A stretch of DNA of 64,000 bases. It comes from the human T2T-CHM13v2.0 reference genome, Homo sapiens. The stretch lies in NCBI RefSeq assembly GCF_009914755.1, contig NC_060947.1; one strand, given 5' to 3'. Shown here piece by piece: positions 49,441 through 63,901 of the stretch. Position 1 is the first letter of the stretch, and each line of letters begins with the position of its first letter. The position numbers and the translations under genes are program-made. A model generated the notes under the pieces. It saw only the letters and a program-made list of their open reading frames with translations. It searched no databases and was not told where the DNA came from.

Positions 49441-50649
49441 AAGAATCTTTGAAGCCTCGGTTGAGTTACATTTTTGTGTACGTAATTGGAAATTTTTCTT
49501 ACATATTAAGCAGACCACCAATGACATCTTTTGAAACTAAGTTCAACATCGTCAAATATTTATGAACACTCCCTATATGCAAAGCACTATACTAGCTACT
49601 GGAGATAAAAAGAGTCATAAGGCCTATACCTAATATTTTTATGCCTTGAGAGGAGACCATAATTTAGACCTTTCATAGCACTTACACTGATTTCCTTGTA
49701 TTTACTTCAAATTAATAAAGGTTTCTCCATGGAGTATATAACACTAAAATACTTAGATTTAGCTGCAAGTCATAAAATTATTTGCTTAAGCAAAATTTTT
49801 TTTAGATTTCCATATTTCTGTTGAACCTGAATTTTGAACAGTTGAACTGTTTTATTGGAAAGAAAAGAGACACTTTATTGTATTTCTTAACCTGAAATTT
49901 TCAAAGACAACCTATAATGATGTAGTATCAAAGAAGTGGACAAAATTCTACACCTCTAGCCATAATTTTAGAAATGGCTATTAGAACTAGTTTTTTTACT
50001 CCTATTAATAATTGAGAAACTATAAATGAACTATATTTCAAAGTTAGCATGGATTGAGATATATTAAGACTGGAATGAGTGCACTCGAAAAATATGTGTT
50101 GGTTTCAATAAACAAGACTTTCTTGAAAGCCTATGGATAATGTATCCTTTCATATATGACATTCTAAGCTTAGTAAATTTTCTAGTGCTATAGAAATAGA
50201 ATAGTTTTATCTACAGGAAGCATTCATTTAAACAATAAAACCATATTACAAAGTTAAAAATAAATGTAATTTTCACAATACTTTCACTATACTCACTAAC
50301 ATTTATATCCAACTTACTATAGCAAAAGGGCTCATTCATGAATAAGTAATATGACTGCACATCCTATTTACATACTGTCAATCCTCAGATTCCTGAAGAT
50401 AAGAATTAGATTACTCAATACATAACAACATAGCAGCACCTCTTTCCATTGCAAGCTTTGTATAAGCTTCATTTTAATTAAGGGATAATAGCTCTGACAT
50501 TAATTTCACTTAGTTTCTTTATTATGTAGCTAAGATCAGAGAAAACAATGTCATAGACAGCAGTATTATTTTTGGTAGTAAAGCTTTGCAAACAGTGATT
50601 ATACAGAATACAAAATTGAAGCCAAGACCGTTAACAAAACAATTTTATT

Positions 50650-51015
<366 letters not shown>

Positions 51016-51218
51016 CTAGAGCCACAAGATGATGCACTTCTTGAAGTACAGGCATGCCTTTTTTTCATTGTGCTTCATTTTATTGTCCTTCACTGATACT
51101 GTGTTTTTTTAGAAACTGAAGGTCTGTGGCAACTCCGCATCCAATAAGTTTATCAGTGCCCTTTTTCCAAAAGCATGTGCTCACTTTATGTCTTTGTATC
51201 ACATTATGATAATGATTG

Positions 51219-51821
51219 TGTGAATCCAAAATATCCAAGAGAGATTTCAATCAATTTAGAATGTTTATTTTACTAAGGTTAAGGACGCACCCATAACACA
51301 GCCTCAGGAGGTCTTGAAGACATGTGCCCAAGGTGGTCAGGGTACAGCTTGCTTTTATGCATTTTAGGGATACATGAGACATTAATCAATACATGTAAGA
51401 TTTACATTGGCTCTACCTGAAAGGCTGGGTCAACTCAAAGGAGAGGGGGATCCTAGGTCATAGTAGATTTAAAAATTTTCTGATTGGCTATTGGTTGAAA
51501 GAGTTATCAGTAGAAAGGAATGTCTGGGTTAAGATAAGGAGTTATGGAGACCAAGGTTTTATCATGCCTTGATAAAGTCTCTGGGTAGCATGATGAAGCC
51601 TCTGGGTATCAGGCTTCGGAAAGAATAGATTGTAAATGTTTCTTATCAGACTTAAGCTCTGTGTTGATGTTAATTCTGGAGGTGCAAAATGAGGCATGTC
51701 CAACCCCACTTCCCATCATGGCCTAAACCAGTCTTTCAAATTAAATTTAAGAATGCCCTGGCCAAGAAGGAAGTCCACTCAGGTGGTTGGGGAGCCTTAG
51801 AATTTTATCTTTGATTTATAC
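51219..51821 (-). mobile_element. MER4-family LTR (MER4B/D/E-like) inside Tigger1
   Basis: Begins with the rc of the MER4 LTR 3' end (tcaatcaatttagaatgtttatttt..cagcctcaggaggtc..acatgtgcccaaggtggtc). Confidence 0.78.
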
Positions 51822-51862
51822 TTCCAGCATTTCCAATTTTTAATTATTATTATACCTGTTAC

Positions 51863-52230
51863 TGTAAAGAACATGGCTGTGCTCCAGCCAAGAAGGCTTA
51901 GGGCAGCAGGCATAGGCTGAGGTAAACAACCTGGATGATGCAGTGGGTTTGTGGCACACACACACAGTCCCGGGACTTATATAACCATAGCCATGTAGAC
52001 ATAACATGGAGAAAGCTCACTTCCATAGCCATAACATAGAGAAGCTGACCACTTAGCTCTCAGCTACTATTGTTTGTGTAATGTATAAAAGTAACACTGA
52101 CCCTGTGAGGGGCTGCTGAATAAAGCCATGTCTCATCTACCTGCTGTCTCTTGAGTGTTCTTCCAGCTCCCTGCCCCACAACCTTCCATTCCCCTCAGCC
52201 CTCAGCTGGGGCTGGAACCAGAGTATGAGA
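51863..52230 (+). mobile_element. ERVL-class solo LTR (LTR32-like) inside Tigger1
   Basis: tgtaaagaacatggctgtgc start, TATAAAA and AATAAA, 5-bp TSD GTTAC/GTTAT; Tigger1 resumes afterwards. Confidence 0.7.
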
Positions 52231-53279
52231 GTTATGGTGACCTGTGATCACTGATATTTGATGTTGCTATTGTAATTGTTTTGGGGTGTCACAAACAACA
52301 CACATACAAGATGGTAAACTTAATAAATGCTGTGTGTTTTCTGATTGCTGCACCAACCATCCCTTGTCCTATCTCTCTCTCTTTCTGTCTATGGTCATCC
52401 GTACTCCCTGGGACTTAATGATATTAAAATTAGGCCAGTTAGGAACCCTACAATATCCGGTAAGTGCTCAAGTGAAAGGAAGAGTCAGATGTCTCTACCT
52501 TTAAATCAAAAGCTAGACATAATTAAGCTTAATGAGGAAGGCATGCGGAAAGCCCAGATAAACCGAAATGTAGGCCCTTATGCCAAACCACCTCGCCAAG
52601 TTGTGAATGCAAAGGAAAAGTTCTTGATAAAAATTAAAAATGTTACTCCAGTGAACACACAAATGATAAAATGTGTAAGAGCCTTATTGCTCATATGGAG
52701 AAAGTTTTAGTGATCTGGGTGGAAGATCAAACCAGCCACATCATTCCTTTAAGCCAAAGCCTAATCCAGAGCAAGACCCTAATTCTCTTTCAATTCTATG
52801 AAGGCTAAGAGATTTGGAGATGCTGCAGAATAAAAGTCTGAAGCTAGCAGAGGTTGATTCATGAGGTTTTAAATAAGAAACTATCTCTATAACATAACAA
52901 CATAATGTGAAGCAGCAAATGGTAATGTAGAAGCTACAGCAAGTTACCCAGAAGATCCAGCTAAGATAATTGATGAAGGAGGCCATATTAAACAACAAAT
53001 TTTCAATGTCAATAAAACAGCCTTCTATTGGAAAGTCCTACTGCCATCTAGGACTTCTATAACTAGAGAGGAAAAGTCAATGGCTGGTTTTAAGGCTTCA
53101 AAAGAACAGGTTAACTATATTGTTAGGTAATAGCGTATCTGGTGGCTTTATGTTGAAGTCAATGCTCATTTAACATTCCAAAATCTTATGGCTATAAGAA
53201 TTATGCTAAATCTACTCTGTATTTGCTCTATAAATATATCAACCAAATCTGGATTACAGCACATCTGTTTATGGCATAG

Positions 53280-53577
<298 letters not shown>

Positions 53578-55735
53578 CAGTTTATTGAATATTTTAAGCC
53601 TACTGTTGAGACCTACTGCCTGAAAAATAAAAACTCTTTGAAAACATTTCTGCTCATCAGTAATAAACATGGTTATTGAAAAGCTCCAATAAAGATGTGG
53701 AAGGAGATTAATGTTGTCTTTATTGCCTGCTAACACAATATCCATTCTGAAGCCCATACATCAAGGAGTGATTTTGACTCTCCAAGGCTTATTATTTAAG
53801 AAATAAATTTTGTAAGGCTGTAGCTGCCATAGATAGTGATATCTCTCAGTAACTTCGGGAAAGTAAATTGAAAACTTTCTGAAAAGAACCATTATAGATG
53901 CCATTAAGAACATTCATGATTTATGGAGTAGGTCAAAATATTAAAATTGTCAAGGGTTCAGAGGAAGCTTGTTCCAGCCCTCATAGGATGACTTTGAGGG
54001 GTTCAAGACTTCACTGGAGGAAGTCACTGCAGATGTGGTGAAAACAGCAAGAAAAGTGGAATTAGAAGTGGAGCCTGAAAATGTGACTGAATTGTTGCAA
54101 TCTCATGATAAAACTTGAATAGGTGAGGAGTTTCTTCTTGTGTTTGAGCCAAAAAAAAATCGTTTCTTGAAATGGAATATAATTTTGGTGAAGATGCTGT
54201 GAATATTGTTGAAATGCCAATAAGAGATTTAGAATATTAAACTTAGTTGATAAAGCAGTGGCAGGGTTTGAGAGGATTGACTCCAATTTTGAGAAAAGTT
54301 CAACTAGACAGTATCAAATAGCAATGCAATCCAACAGCATTTCATGCTGCAGAGAAATGTTTTTGTGTGTCAATGAATGCTGCAAACTTAATTGTTCTCT
54401 TATTTTTAAAAATTGCTGCAGCCACCCCAAACTTCAGCAGCCGCTACTCTGATCAGTCAGCAGCCATCAGCATCAAGGCAAGATTCCAGCAAAAAGATTA
54501 TGACTCATTGAAGGCTCAGATCATTGTTAGCATTTTCTGGCAATAAAGTATTTTTAATTAAAGTATGTATTTTTTTTAGACAAAATGCTATTTAACATTT
54601 AATAGACTGCAGTATACTCTAAACATAACTTTTGTATGCACTGCAAAACCAAACAAATTGTGTGAGTTGCTTTATTGCAATCTTCACTTTATTGAGGTGG
54701 TCTGGAACCAAACCAATAATACCTCCACGGTATGCCTATATATATTTCTCACTCTATCTTGTTTGCCACAGTTCCAAGAAGTGAAAGTCCTGTAAATAAA
54801 AGCAAGCATGCAAGTACGCAGTTTGCTGTAGAAAGTCAATTGAGGTACCATGAAGTACATCAAGCGTCCCTCATTTGCTTTAAGTTGACCACAGGTCTTC
54901 AGTTTTTAATGTTCAAATATGTGTACATAAAATATCCACATTCTTCTCCAAGAAATATAGAATGGCTGGAATATAAATGCATTATCACTCTTCCTCTGAA
55001 AGACTTTCACATTTTTATAATGTGACTGCTGAAAATGGAAGAGTTTTGTACTTGCATTTCTCCTTAGTTAAAAATCAACTGAAAAAATATGAAACATACA
55101 TATGATAAGGCACCTACTAAGAATATACCTTGATATTTCAAAATAAAAGCTAAAAGGAAATACATGTAATAGAAAACGTCAAGCTTATGAATATATTCAT
55201 TCTTGTGTGGTCCTGATATGTTTGTTGAAATTGGTATATTTTTAAGTAAATATCTAAATTGTCACCCCCAAAGCATAATATTCCTATAATACATGAAGAG
55301 TTATCACATTTTAGTTGCAAAAGAAACTACTTTTTTGGTAATGGAAGATCTTTACTTAACTACAAATTTTATTTTATAAATACATATAAGATGAATATGG
55401 TTTAAAAAGCCACATCATAGATTCCCTATAAATTCTGGATTTTAGACCTCTGTCACATGAACAGTTTGCAAATATCTTTTCTCCTTCCGTAAGTTGTCTT
55501 TTTACTCTGTTGATAGTTTATTTTACTGTGCAGAAGCTCTTCAGTTTAATTAGGTCCCACTTGTCAATTTTTGCTTTCATTGCAATTGCTTTTGGGGACT
55601 TAGCTAAAAATTCTTTATCAAGGGTAGTGTCAAGAAGAGTATTTTCTTGATTGTCTTCCAGGATTTTTATAGTTCTCAAATTTGAAAGGTCTTAAATTTA
55701 AATCTTTCATCTGTTTGGGGTTAATTTTTAGATAT

Positions 55736-57325
55736 TGTGTCCGGAATTGGTGGGTTCTTGGTCTCACTGACTTTAAGAATGAAGCCGCGGACCTTCGCGG
55801 TGAGTGTTACAGCTCTTAAGGTGGCACGTCGGGAGTTTATTCCTTCTGATGTTCGGATGTGTTCAGAGTTTCTTCTTTCTGATGGGTTCGTGGTCTCGCT
55901 GGCTCAGGAGTGAAGTTGCAGACCTTCGCGGTGAGTGTTACAGCTCTTAAGACAGCGCGTCTGGAGTTGTTTGTTCCTCCTGGTGGGCTCGTGGTCTCGC
56001 TGGCTTTAGGAGTGAAGCTGCAGACTTTCGCGGTGAGTGTTACAGCTCATAAAAGCAGTGTGGACCTAAAGAGTGAGCAGTAGCAAGATTTATTGCAAAG
56101 AGTGAAAGAACAAAGCTTCCACAGTGTGGAAGGAGGACCTGAGCAGGTTGCCACTGCTGGCTCAGGCAGCCTGCTTTTATTCTCTTATCTGGCCCTACCT
56201 ACATCTTGCTGATTGGTAGAGCCGAGTGGCCTATTTTGACAGGGCGCTGATTGGTGCGTTTACAATCCCTGAGCTAGATACAAAGGTTCTCCACCTCCTC
56301 ATCAGATTAGTTAGATACAGAGTTTCCACACACAGGTTCTCCAAGGCCCCACCAGAGCAGCTAGATACAGAGTGTCGATTGGTGCACTCACAAACCTTGA
56401 GCTAAACACAGGGTGCTGATTGGTGTGTTTACAAACCTTGAGCTAGATACAGAGTGCCGATTGGTGTATTTACAATCCCTGAGCTAGACATAAAGGTTGT
56501 CCAAGACCCCACCAGAGCAGCTAGATACAGAGTGATGATTGGTGCACTCACAAACCTTGAGCTAAACACAGGGTGCTGATTGGTGTGTTTACAAACCTTG
56601 AGCTAGATACAGAGTGCCGATTGATGTATTTACAATCCTTGAGTTAGACATAAAGACTCTCCAGGTCCTCACCAGACTCAGGAGCCTAGCTGGCTTCACC
56701 TAGTGGATCTCGCACCGGGGCTGCAGGTGGAGCTGCCTGCCAGTCCAGCACCATGCGCTCGCACTCCTCAGCCCTTAGGTGGTCGAGGGGACTGGGCACC
56801 CTGGAGCAGGGGGTGGTGCTCGTCGGGGAGGCTCTGGCCACACAGGAGTCTATGGAGTGGGTGGGAGGCTCAGGCATGGCGGGCTGCAGGTCCTGAGCCC
56901 TGCCCTGCGGGAAGGCCGCTAAGGCTCTGTGAGAAATCGAGCGCAGTGCCGGTGGGCTGGCACTGCTGGGGGACCTAGTACACCTTCCGCAGCCGCTGGC
57001 CCGGGTGCTAAGTCCTTTATTGCCCGGGGCCAGCAGGGCTGGCGGGCTGCTCCGAGTGCGGGGTCACCAAGCCCACGCCTACCCGGAACTCCAGCTGGCC
57101 CGCAAGCGCGGCACGCAGCCCCAGTTCCCGCTCACGCCTCTCCCTCCACACCTCCTTGCAAGCTGAAGGAGTAGGCTCCAGCCTTGGCCAGCCTGGAAAG
57201 GGGCTGCCACAGTACAGTAGTAGGCTGAAAGGCTCCTCAAATGCCGCCAAAGTGGGAGCCCAGACAAAGGAGGTGCCGAGAGCAAACAAAGGCTCTGAGG
57301 ACTGCCAACACGCTGTCACCTCTCA
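55736..57325 (-). mobile_element. Intact LTR12C-type (ERV9) solo LTR, 1590 bp
   Basis: Both termini, TSD ATAT, tandem ATTGG (CCAAT) array at ~56210-56630, repeated U5 units at ~55790-56050. Confidence 0.94.
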
Positions 57326-57724
57326 ATATGGTTAACAGTAGGCATTCAGCTTCAATCTTCTGCATATAGCTTGTCAGGTATCCAAGCACAATTTATTGAA
57401 TAGTGGGTCCTTTCACCATTGCTTATTTTTGTTGACTGTTAAAAATCATTTGGTTGTAGGTGTGTGGCTTGACTTCTGGGCTCTTTATTCTGTTACATTG
57501 GTCTATGTATCTGTTTTTTTACCAGTGCCTTACTCTTTTGATTACTGTAACCGCATAGTATAGTTTCAAGCTTGACAATGTAATGGCTATGGCTTTGCTC
57601 TTTCTGCTTAGGATTGCTTTGGCTATCAGGGCTCTTTTATTAGTTCCATAAGAATTGTAAAATGTGTCTTTTAATTCTATAAAAAATAATGAAGAAAATG
57701 TCAGTAGTTTGATAGCAATAGCAT

Positions 57725-58141
57725 TGTGTTAGTCTGCTCTTGTGTTGGTATAAAGAAATACCAAAGGCTGGGTAATTTGTAAAGAAAATCAGTTTATTTT
57801 AGATGACGTTTCTGCACTGTACAAGAAGTATGGTCCTGGCTTGTTTCTGGTGAGGTTTCAGGAAGCTTACAACTATAGCAGAAGGCAAAGGGGGAGCTGG
57901 TATATCACATGGAAAGAGAGGGAGAAAGGGAGAGAGGTGGAGGTGCTATTCTCTTTTAAACAATCACATCTTGCATGAACTAATAGGATGAGAACTCCCT
58001 CGTACCTCAAAGACAGAACCAAGCCATTTATGAGGGATCCTCCTCCATGACCCAAGCACCTCCCACTAGGTTCCACCTCCAACATTGGGAATCACATTTC
58101 AACATGAGATTTGAAAAAGACAAAACATCAAAATCATATCA
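57725..58141 (-). mobile_element. MSTB-type solo LTR inside L1
   Basis: tgtgttagtc..aaatcatatca; TSD AGCAT/AACAT. Confidence 0.85.
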
Positions 58142-61100
58142 AACATTGAATCTGTACATTTATTTGGGCAGTGTGGCCATTATATTGACTCTTCCAATCT
58201 GTGAGCACAGAATGTATTCTCATTTGTTTGTATCATCTGTGATTTATTTCAGCAGTGTTTTGTAGTTCTTTTTGTAGAGATCTTTCACCTCCTAGGTTAA
58301 ATATATTCCTAGGTATTTTATTTTTCTCTGACTAATGTAAATGAGATTATGTTCTTTCTTTGGCTCTTAGCTTGAACATTACTGGAACATATAAATGCTA
58401 TTGATTTTTCTACATTGACTTTGTATCCTGAAACTTAACTGAAGTTGTTAATCAGTTCTGGGAGCCTTTTGGCAGAGTCTTTAGGGGTCTCTAGGTATAG
58501 AAAAGTATCATCAGTGAGGAGGGATAATTGGCTTTCTTTTTTCCAATTTGGATGCCTTATTTTTTTTCTCTTGCCTGATTTCTCTGGCTAGGACTTCCAA
58601 AACTACCTTGAATAGGAGTGGTGAGAGTGGGCATCTGTGTTTTTTCCAGCTCTCAAGTGGAATGATTCCAGGTTTTGCCCATTCAGAATGATGTTAGCTG
58701 TCGGTTTTTCATAGATGGCTCTTATTTTTTTTAAGATATGTTCCTTCAATGCCTTGTTTGTTGAGGGTTTTTATCATGAAGGGATGTTGGATTTTATTGA
58801 AAGCTTTTATTACATATATTGAAATTATTATATGGTTTTGGTGTTTCCTTCTGTTTACGTGGTGAATTGCATTTATTGATTTGTGCATATTGACACAAGC
58901 TTGCATCCCAAGAATGAAGCCTTCTTTATCCTGGTGAATTTACTTTTTGATGTGCTGCTGGATTCAATTTACTGTTATGGTGTTGAGGATTTTTGTGTCT
59001 ATGTTCATCAGAAATATTGGCCTGTAGTTTTCTCTTTCCTTATTTCTTTGCCAGATTTTGGTATCAGGATGATGTTATCTTCAAAGAATGAATTAGGGAG
59101 GAGTCCTTCCTCCTCTATTTTTTGGAATAGTTTCAATAGGATTGATAGTAACTCTTTTTTGTATATATGGTAAAATTTGGCTGTAAATCCATTTAGTCCA
59201 GGGATTTTTTTGGGCTTGTAGGATTTTTACTATTGTTTCAACATTGGAATTCAATACTGGCCTCTTCAGGGTTTCAGTTTCTTCTTGATTTAATCTAGAG
59301 ATGGAATGTTCCAGGAATTTATCTATTTCCTCTAGATTTTCTAATTTGTGTACATAGAGATGTTCATATTACTCTCCAAGAATCTTTTGCATTTCTGTGG
59401 GATCATTTGCGATATCACCTTTGTCATTTCTGAATGTGCTTATTTGGAACTTCTCTCTTTTTTTCTTTGTTAATCTAACTAACAGACTATAGATCATTTT
59501 TATCCTTTCAAAGATCCAACTTCTGGTTTTGTTGATCCTTTGTATGAATATTTGGGTGTCAATTTCATTCAATCCTGCCCTGTTTTTAATTTTTTTTCTT
59601 CTGCTAGCCATGTGGTTAGTTTGTTCCTGTTTTTAAGTCCCTCTGGGTGTAATGTTATGTTGTTAATTTGAGATCGTTCTAACTTGATGTAGGGATTAAG
59701 CCCTCTGAATTTTCCTGTTAACACTGCATTTGCTGCATCCAAGAAATTTTGGTATTTCATGTCTCTGTTTTCACTTATTTCAAAGATTTTTTTTATTTCT
59801 GTATTAATTTTGTTGTTTACACAAAAGTAATTCAGAAGCAAGTTGTTTAGTTTCCATGTTGTGTGGTTTTCAGAGAACTTCTTGGTATTGATTTCTATTT
59901 TTACCCCAATGTGTTCCAAGAGTATGATTGGTATAATTTCATTTTTTTGAATTTACTGAGACTTACTTGCTTTATGGCAAAGAATGTTGGAAATCTTACA
60001 ATATGTTCCATGTGCACATGAGAAGCATGCATATTCTGTATTTGATGGGTGAAGAATTCTGTAGATGTATATTATGTCCAATTAGTCAAGGGTCAAATTT
60101 AAGTCCAGAATTTCGTTGTTAGCTTTCTGCTTTGATCATCTGTCTAGCGTTGTCAGTGAGGAGTCCCCAATATTATTGTGTGGCTGTCTTTTTGTAGGTC
60201 TAGAAATACCTGTTTTATTAATCTGGATGCTTCAGTGTTGGGTGCTTATATGTTTAGGATAGTTTATCTTCATGTTGAAATGAATTCATTATCATTATGT
60301 AATGTCCTTCTTTGTCCTTTTTTACTGTCGTTGGTTTAAGGTCTGTTTTATTTGATATAATAATGATGACTCACCCTTTTTTTGTTTTCCATTCACATGA
60401 TATATCCTCCTCCAACCCTGTCTTTGAACCAATTAGTATCATTACAAGTGAGAGGGGTGTCTTGAAGATAAAAGATGGATGGGTCTTTTTTAAAATCCAA
60501 TTTGCCACTCTGAAACTTTTAATTGGGAAGTGTAGACAATTGACATTCAAAGTTAATATTGATATGTGTGGTTTTCATCCTATCATGAAGCTGTCAGTTT
60601 GTTGCCTTGTAGTCTCCATTGTGTAGTTGTTTTATTGGGTCTGTGAGCTATGTACTTAAGTGTGTGTTTTTGATATCAGGTATCATTCTCTTCCATGTTT
60701 ACCACTCCATTATTTCTTGTAAGGCTAGTCTGCTGGTAACAAATTACCTTAGCAATTGCTTCTCAGGAAAATATTTTATTTCTTCTTTGCTTATGAAGCT
60801 TAGTTTGGCAAGGTATGAAATTCTTGGTCAGAATTTCTTTTTTTTAAGAATGCTGAGAATAGGCTCCCATCTCTTCTGGCTTGTAAAGTTTCTTCTGAGA
60901 ATCTACTAGCAGCCTGATGAGGTTCCCTTTGTAAGTGATCTGATCATTTTCTCAAGGTGTCTTTAAGATTTTTTTCTTTGGGGTTAAACTTGGATAGTCT
61001 GGTGACTTATGCCTTGGTGACGTTTATTTTGGGTAGTATCTTGCATGTGTTCTCTTTATTTCTTGTATCTGAATGTCTACCTCTCTAGGAAGATTAGGAA

Positions 61101-62977
61101 AATTTTCTTGACTTATTTCCTCAAATACGTTTTATAGGTTGTTTACTTTTTCTTCTTTCCTCTCAGGAATGCCAATAATTTATAGGTTTGGTTACTATGC
61201 ATAACCTTATATTCCTCAAAGCTTTCATTTTTATTTTTAGTTTTTATTTCTGACTGGAAATACTTAGTTTGAAAGACTTCTCTTCAACCTCTGAAATTCT
61301 TTATTCTGCTTGGTCATATCTCTCAATAAAGCTTTCGATTGTATTTTGAAATTCCTTGAGTGAATTTTTCTATTTCAGAAGCTCTGATTACTTTTTAAGA
61401 TGCTTATCTCTTTCATCATTTTCTGCATTGCTTTATTACTTTCTTTGTGTTGATTTTCAACCTTGATCTGAATCTTATTGAGCTTTCTTGAAATCCATGA
61501 TTTGAATTCTTTATCATTTGTGAGTTTCCATTTTGGTTAGGGATCATTGCTAGAGAACTAGTGCAATCCTTTGGTGGTGTCACAACATTTAGGTTTTTAT
61601 GATGCCAGAATGATTAACCTGATTCTTTCTCACCTGGAAATGCTGACACTTCTAATTTTTGTAATTATTTTCATATGGAAAGGATTTTTATTCCTTTCCC
61701 TACATAATTTTTCCTTTAACCTCCCCCAAAACATGGGTGTGTCTGTATAATATGTTAAGTATGACTGTATAATATGTTAAGTAGGCTCATTTGGCTATGC
61801 TTCCATAACCCTATGCACTTGTGTTGGAGGGCTTTATATTGGGCTGTGCAGTTCAACCTATAGGGCCAGTAGATGGTGATTATGGGTAAGAGCCACCTGC
61901 AACATAAGCAGATCAGTAAATACCTAATCTTTGTTTACTCCGAGGTGCTCTCTATTATTTCAGGTGATGGGCTAGACAATGGGGTGCCCAGTGCCCTGAG
62001 TTTCCTGTTTTGCAGGGGTTGGGGCACATATCTCGGAAGAGCTGAAGCCCCTGTCTTGCCCATGAATACCCTTATTGTATGCACAGGCACCAGCCCTGAC
62101 CAGGGGGGCTGGGTGGAGCTCCTGGTGAAATGTGCTGAGGTCTCTGCAGGAGGGTGAGGGGGTTTCACTGGCTCCCCATCCTAGATAGACAGAAACATGG
62201 GCTATTTCCCTATCCCATTCCTGTTCTGAGGTTCATGACTTCTAGATCAGATGCACACTGTAGTCTATCTTTGGACCACAGTGTGATTGAAAGCCTTGGG
62301 AAAGGCTTGTTTTGTCACTCTCAAGGGAGTGGTGTTGGGGCAGAATTTTGTCACTCGGCCTGATACAGATAGCATTATGCCCCATCTGTTCTCTGATATC
62401 TTAGCTCTGGTGCTTCATGTAAGAGGGAGGGCTCCAACTTTGGGCTTTTGCAAGTGGGTGTTGGTTGTGGTGGTATCTGCGGGTTGGGTCAGCCTGACCT
62501 CAGGCCCTGGGGGAAGTGGAGAAGTGACAGCAGAGTTGGAATGGGGTAGGTACTTCCCTAGTTCCTAGGTCCCTAGATGGCACCCTTGCCACTGTTTACA
62601 AATCCTGAAGAGGCTGAACCAGGGTCAGAATTGCCCAGTGTTCAGGTGCTGGGTGTGATGGGGAAGGGTGGGCTGGTCCCCAGGTCACTGGTAAAACTCT
62701 CAGGCAGGTACAGGCATGATGCTTGTATGGTAGGAGCCTGAGGAAGTATCACAGCTGTGTGGGGGTAGGGTTTCCAGAAGGGCTCTAGGGTGCAGCTGAA
62801 ATGCTCAGGCACGGGCAGGTGAGTGCACTATGTGCCAGAAGGCATCAGGCCCTGTTTGGCAGGAAGCAGTGGAAGTGAGGTGTGGGACCGGTGTAGAGCC
62901 AGGCGAAGCTCCTTAATTTGGGGAAAGGGCTGCCTGGCTTTGCTCCTTTCTTTTTTTCCCATGGGTCCTATTGCTTC

Positions 62978-63427
62978 TGTGAAAGCAAAATATCTTGGGC
63001 CTCCCAAATTACTAAGCTAAAAGGAAAATTCAAGCTAGAAACTGCGCAGGGCAAACCTGTCTCCCACTCTATTCAAAGTCATCCCTCTGCTCACTGAGAT
63101 AGATGCATATTCTGATTGCCTCCTTTGGAAAGGCTTATTAGAAACTCAAAAGAATGCAACCATTTTCTCTTACCCACCTGTGACCTGGAAGCCCCTCCTT
63201 GCTTTGAGTTTGTCCTTGCCTTTCTGGGTGGAGCTAATGTGCTTCTTACACATATTAGTTCATGTCTCATATACTAAACCTAAAATCTGTAAAACCAAGC
63301 TGTGCCCTGACCACCTTGGGCACATGTCAGGACTTCCTGTGGCTGTGTCACGGGTGTGCATCCTCAACCCTGGCAAAATAAACTTTCTAAATTAACTGAG
63401 ACCTGTCTCAGATTTTCTGGGTTTACA
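62978..63427 (+). mobile_element. MER4A-type solo LTR
   Basis: Homologous to 42625-43088; TSD CTTC. Confidence 0.88.
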
Positions 63428-63821
63428 CTTCCTTGGTGAATCCCAACAGGATCTCTTAGATGATCCACTTGAAGAGCAGGTATTTACTCACCACTTTGTT
63501 TCCTCTCTGTGACAGTCACACACGCTAGCAGCTTCTAGTCAATTATCTTGAACTGGAACTGCTCTATACTTATACGTTGTTAATAGGTATAGAAAAATTT
63601 CTATTTAAAATGTGCACCATGAGTTTCACTACTACCATGACAGTATGAGGAGTACTGCAAACTCACTGTACAGAAAACTGGTAAAAATTATTCTTTTTTA
63701 AAAATAAAACATTTAAGGTCTCTAGAATTGATCTTAAAGGTATACGGGAAAGGAAGAAACATTTATTTGAGAATATCTACTAAAACAGTAAGAACAGATA
63801 AAATCTGTGGTATTTGAGCTA

Positions 63822-63901
63822 TTAGGTTGGCTCAAAAGTAACTGCGGTTTTTGCTGTTACTTTCAATGGCAAAAACCGCAATTACTTTTGTGCCAATCTA
63901 A
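63822..63901. mobile_element. MADE1 (Hsmar1-derived MITE), 80 bp
   Basis: TA-ttaggttgg..aaaagtaactgcggtttttgc..gcaaaaaccgcaattactttt..ccaatctaa-TA palindrome. Confidence 0.93.

Larger units (their letters stand above)
55420..63555 (-). mobile_element. Long older L1 (late L1PA/L1PB-like) lacking its 3' end, with three nested LTRs
   Basis: ORF2 remnants ([17 protein letters not shown]; TTWKLNNLLLN), an ORF1-like region at ~60700-61600 and a GC-richer 5'UTR-like region at ~61800-63550. Confidence 0.8.

Noticed and set aside
56210-56690. CRISPR-like repeat-spacer array
   Set aside because: These are the known tandem CCAAT enhancer repeats of LTR12 in eukaryotic DNA, with no unique spacers or cas genes.
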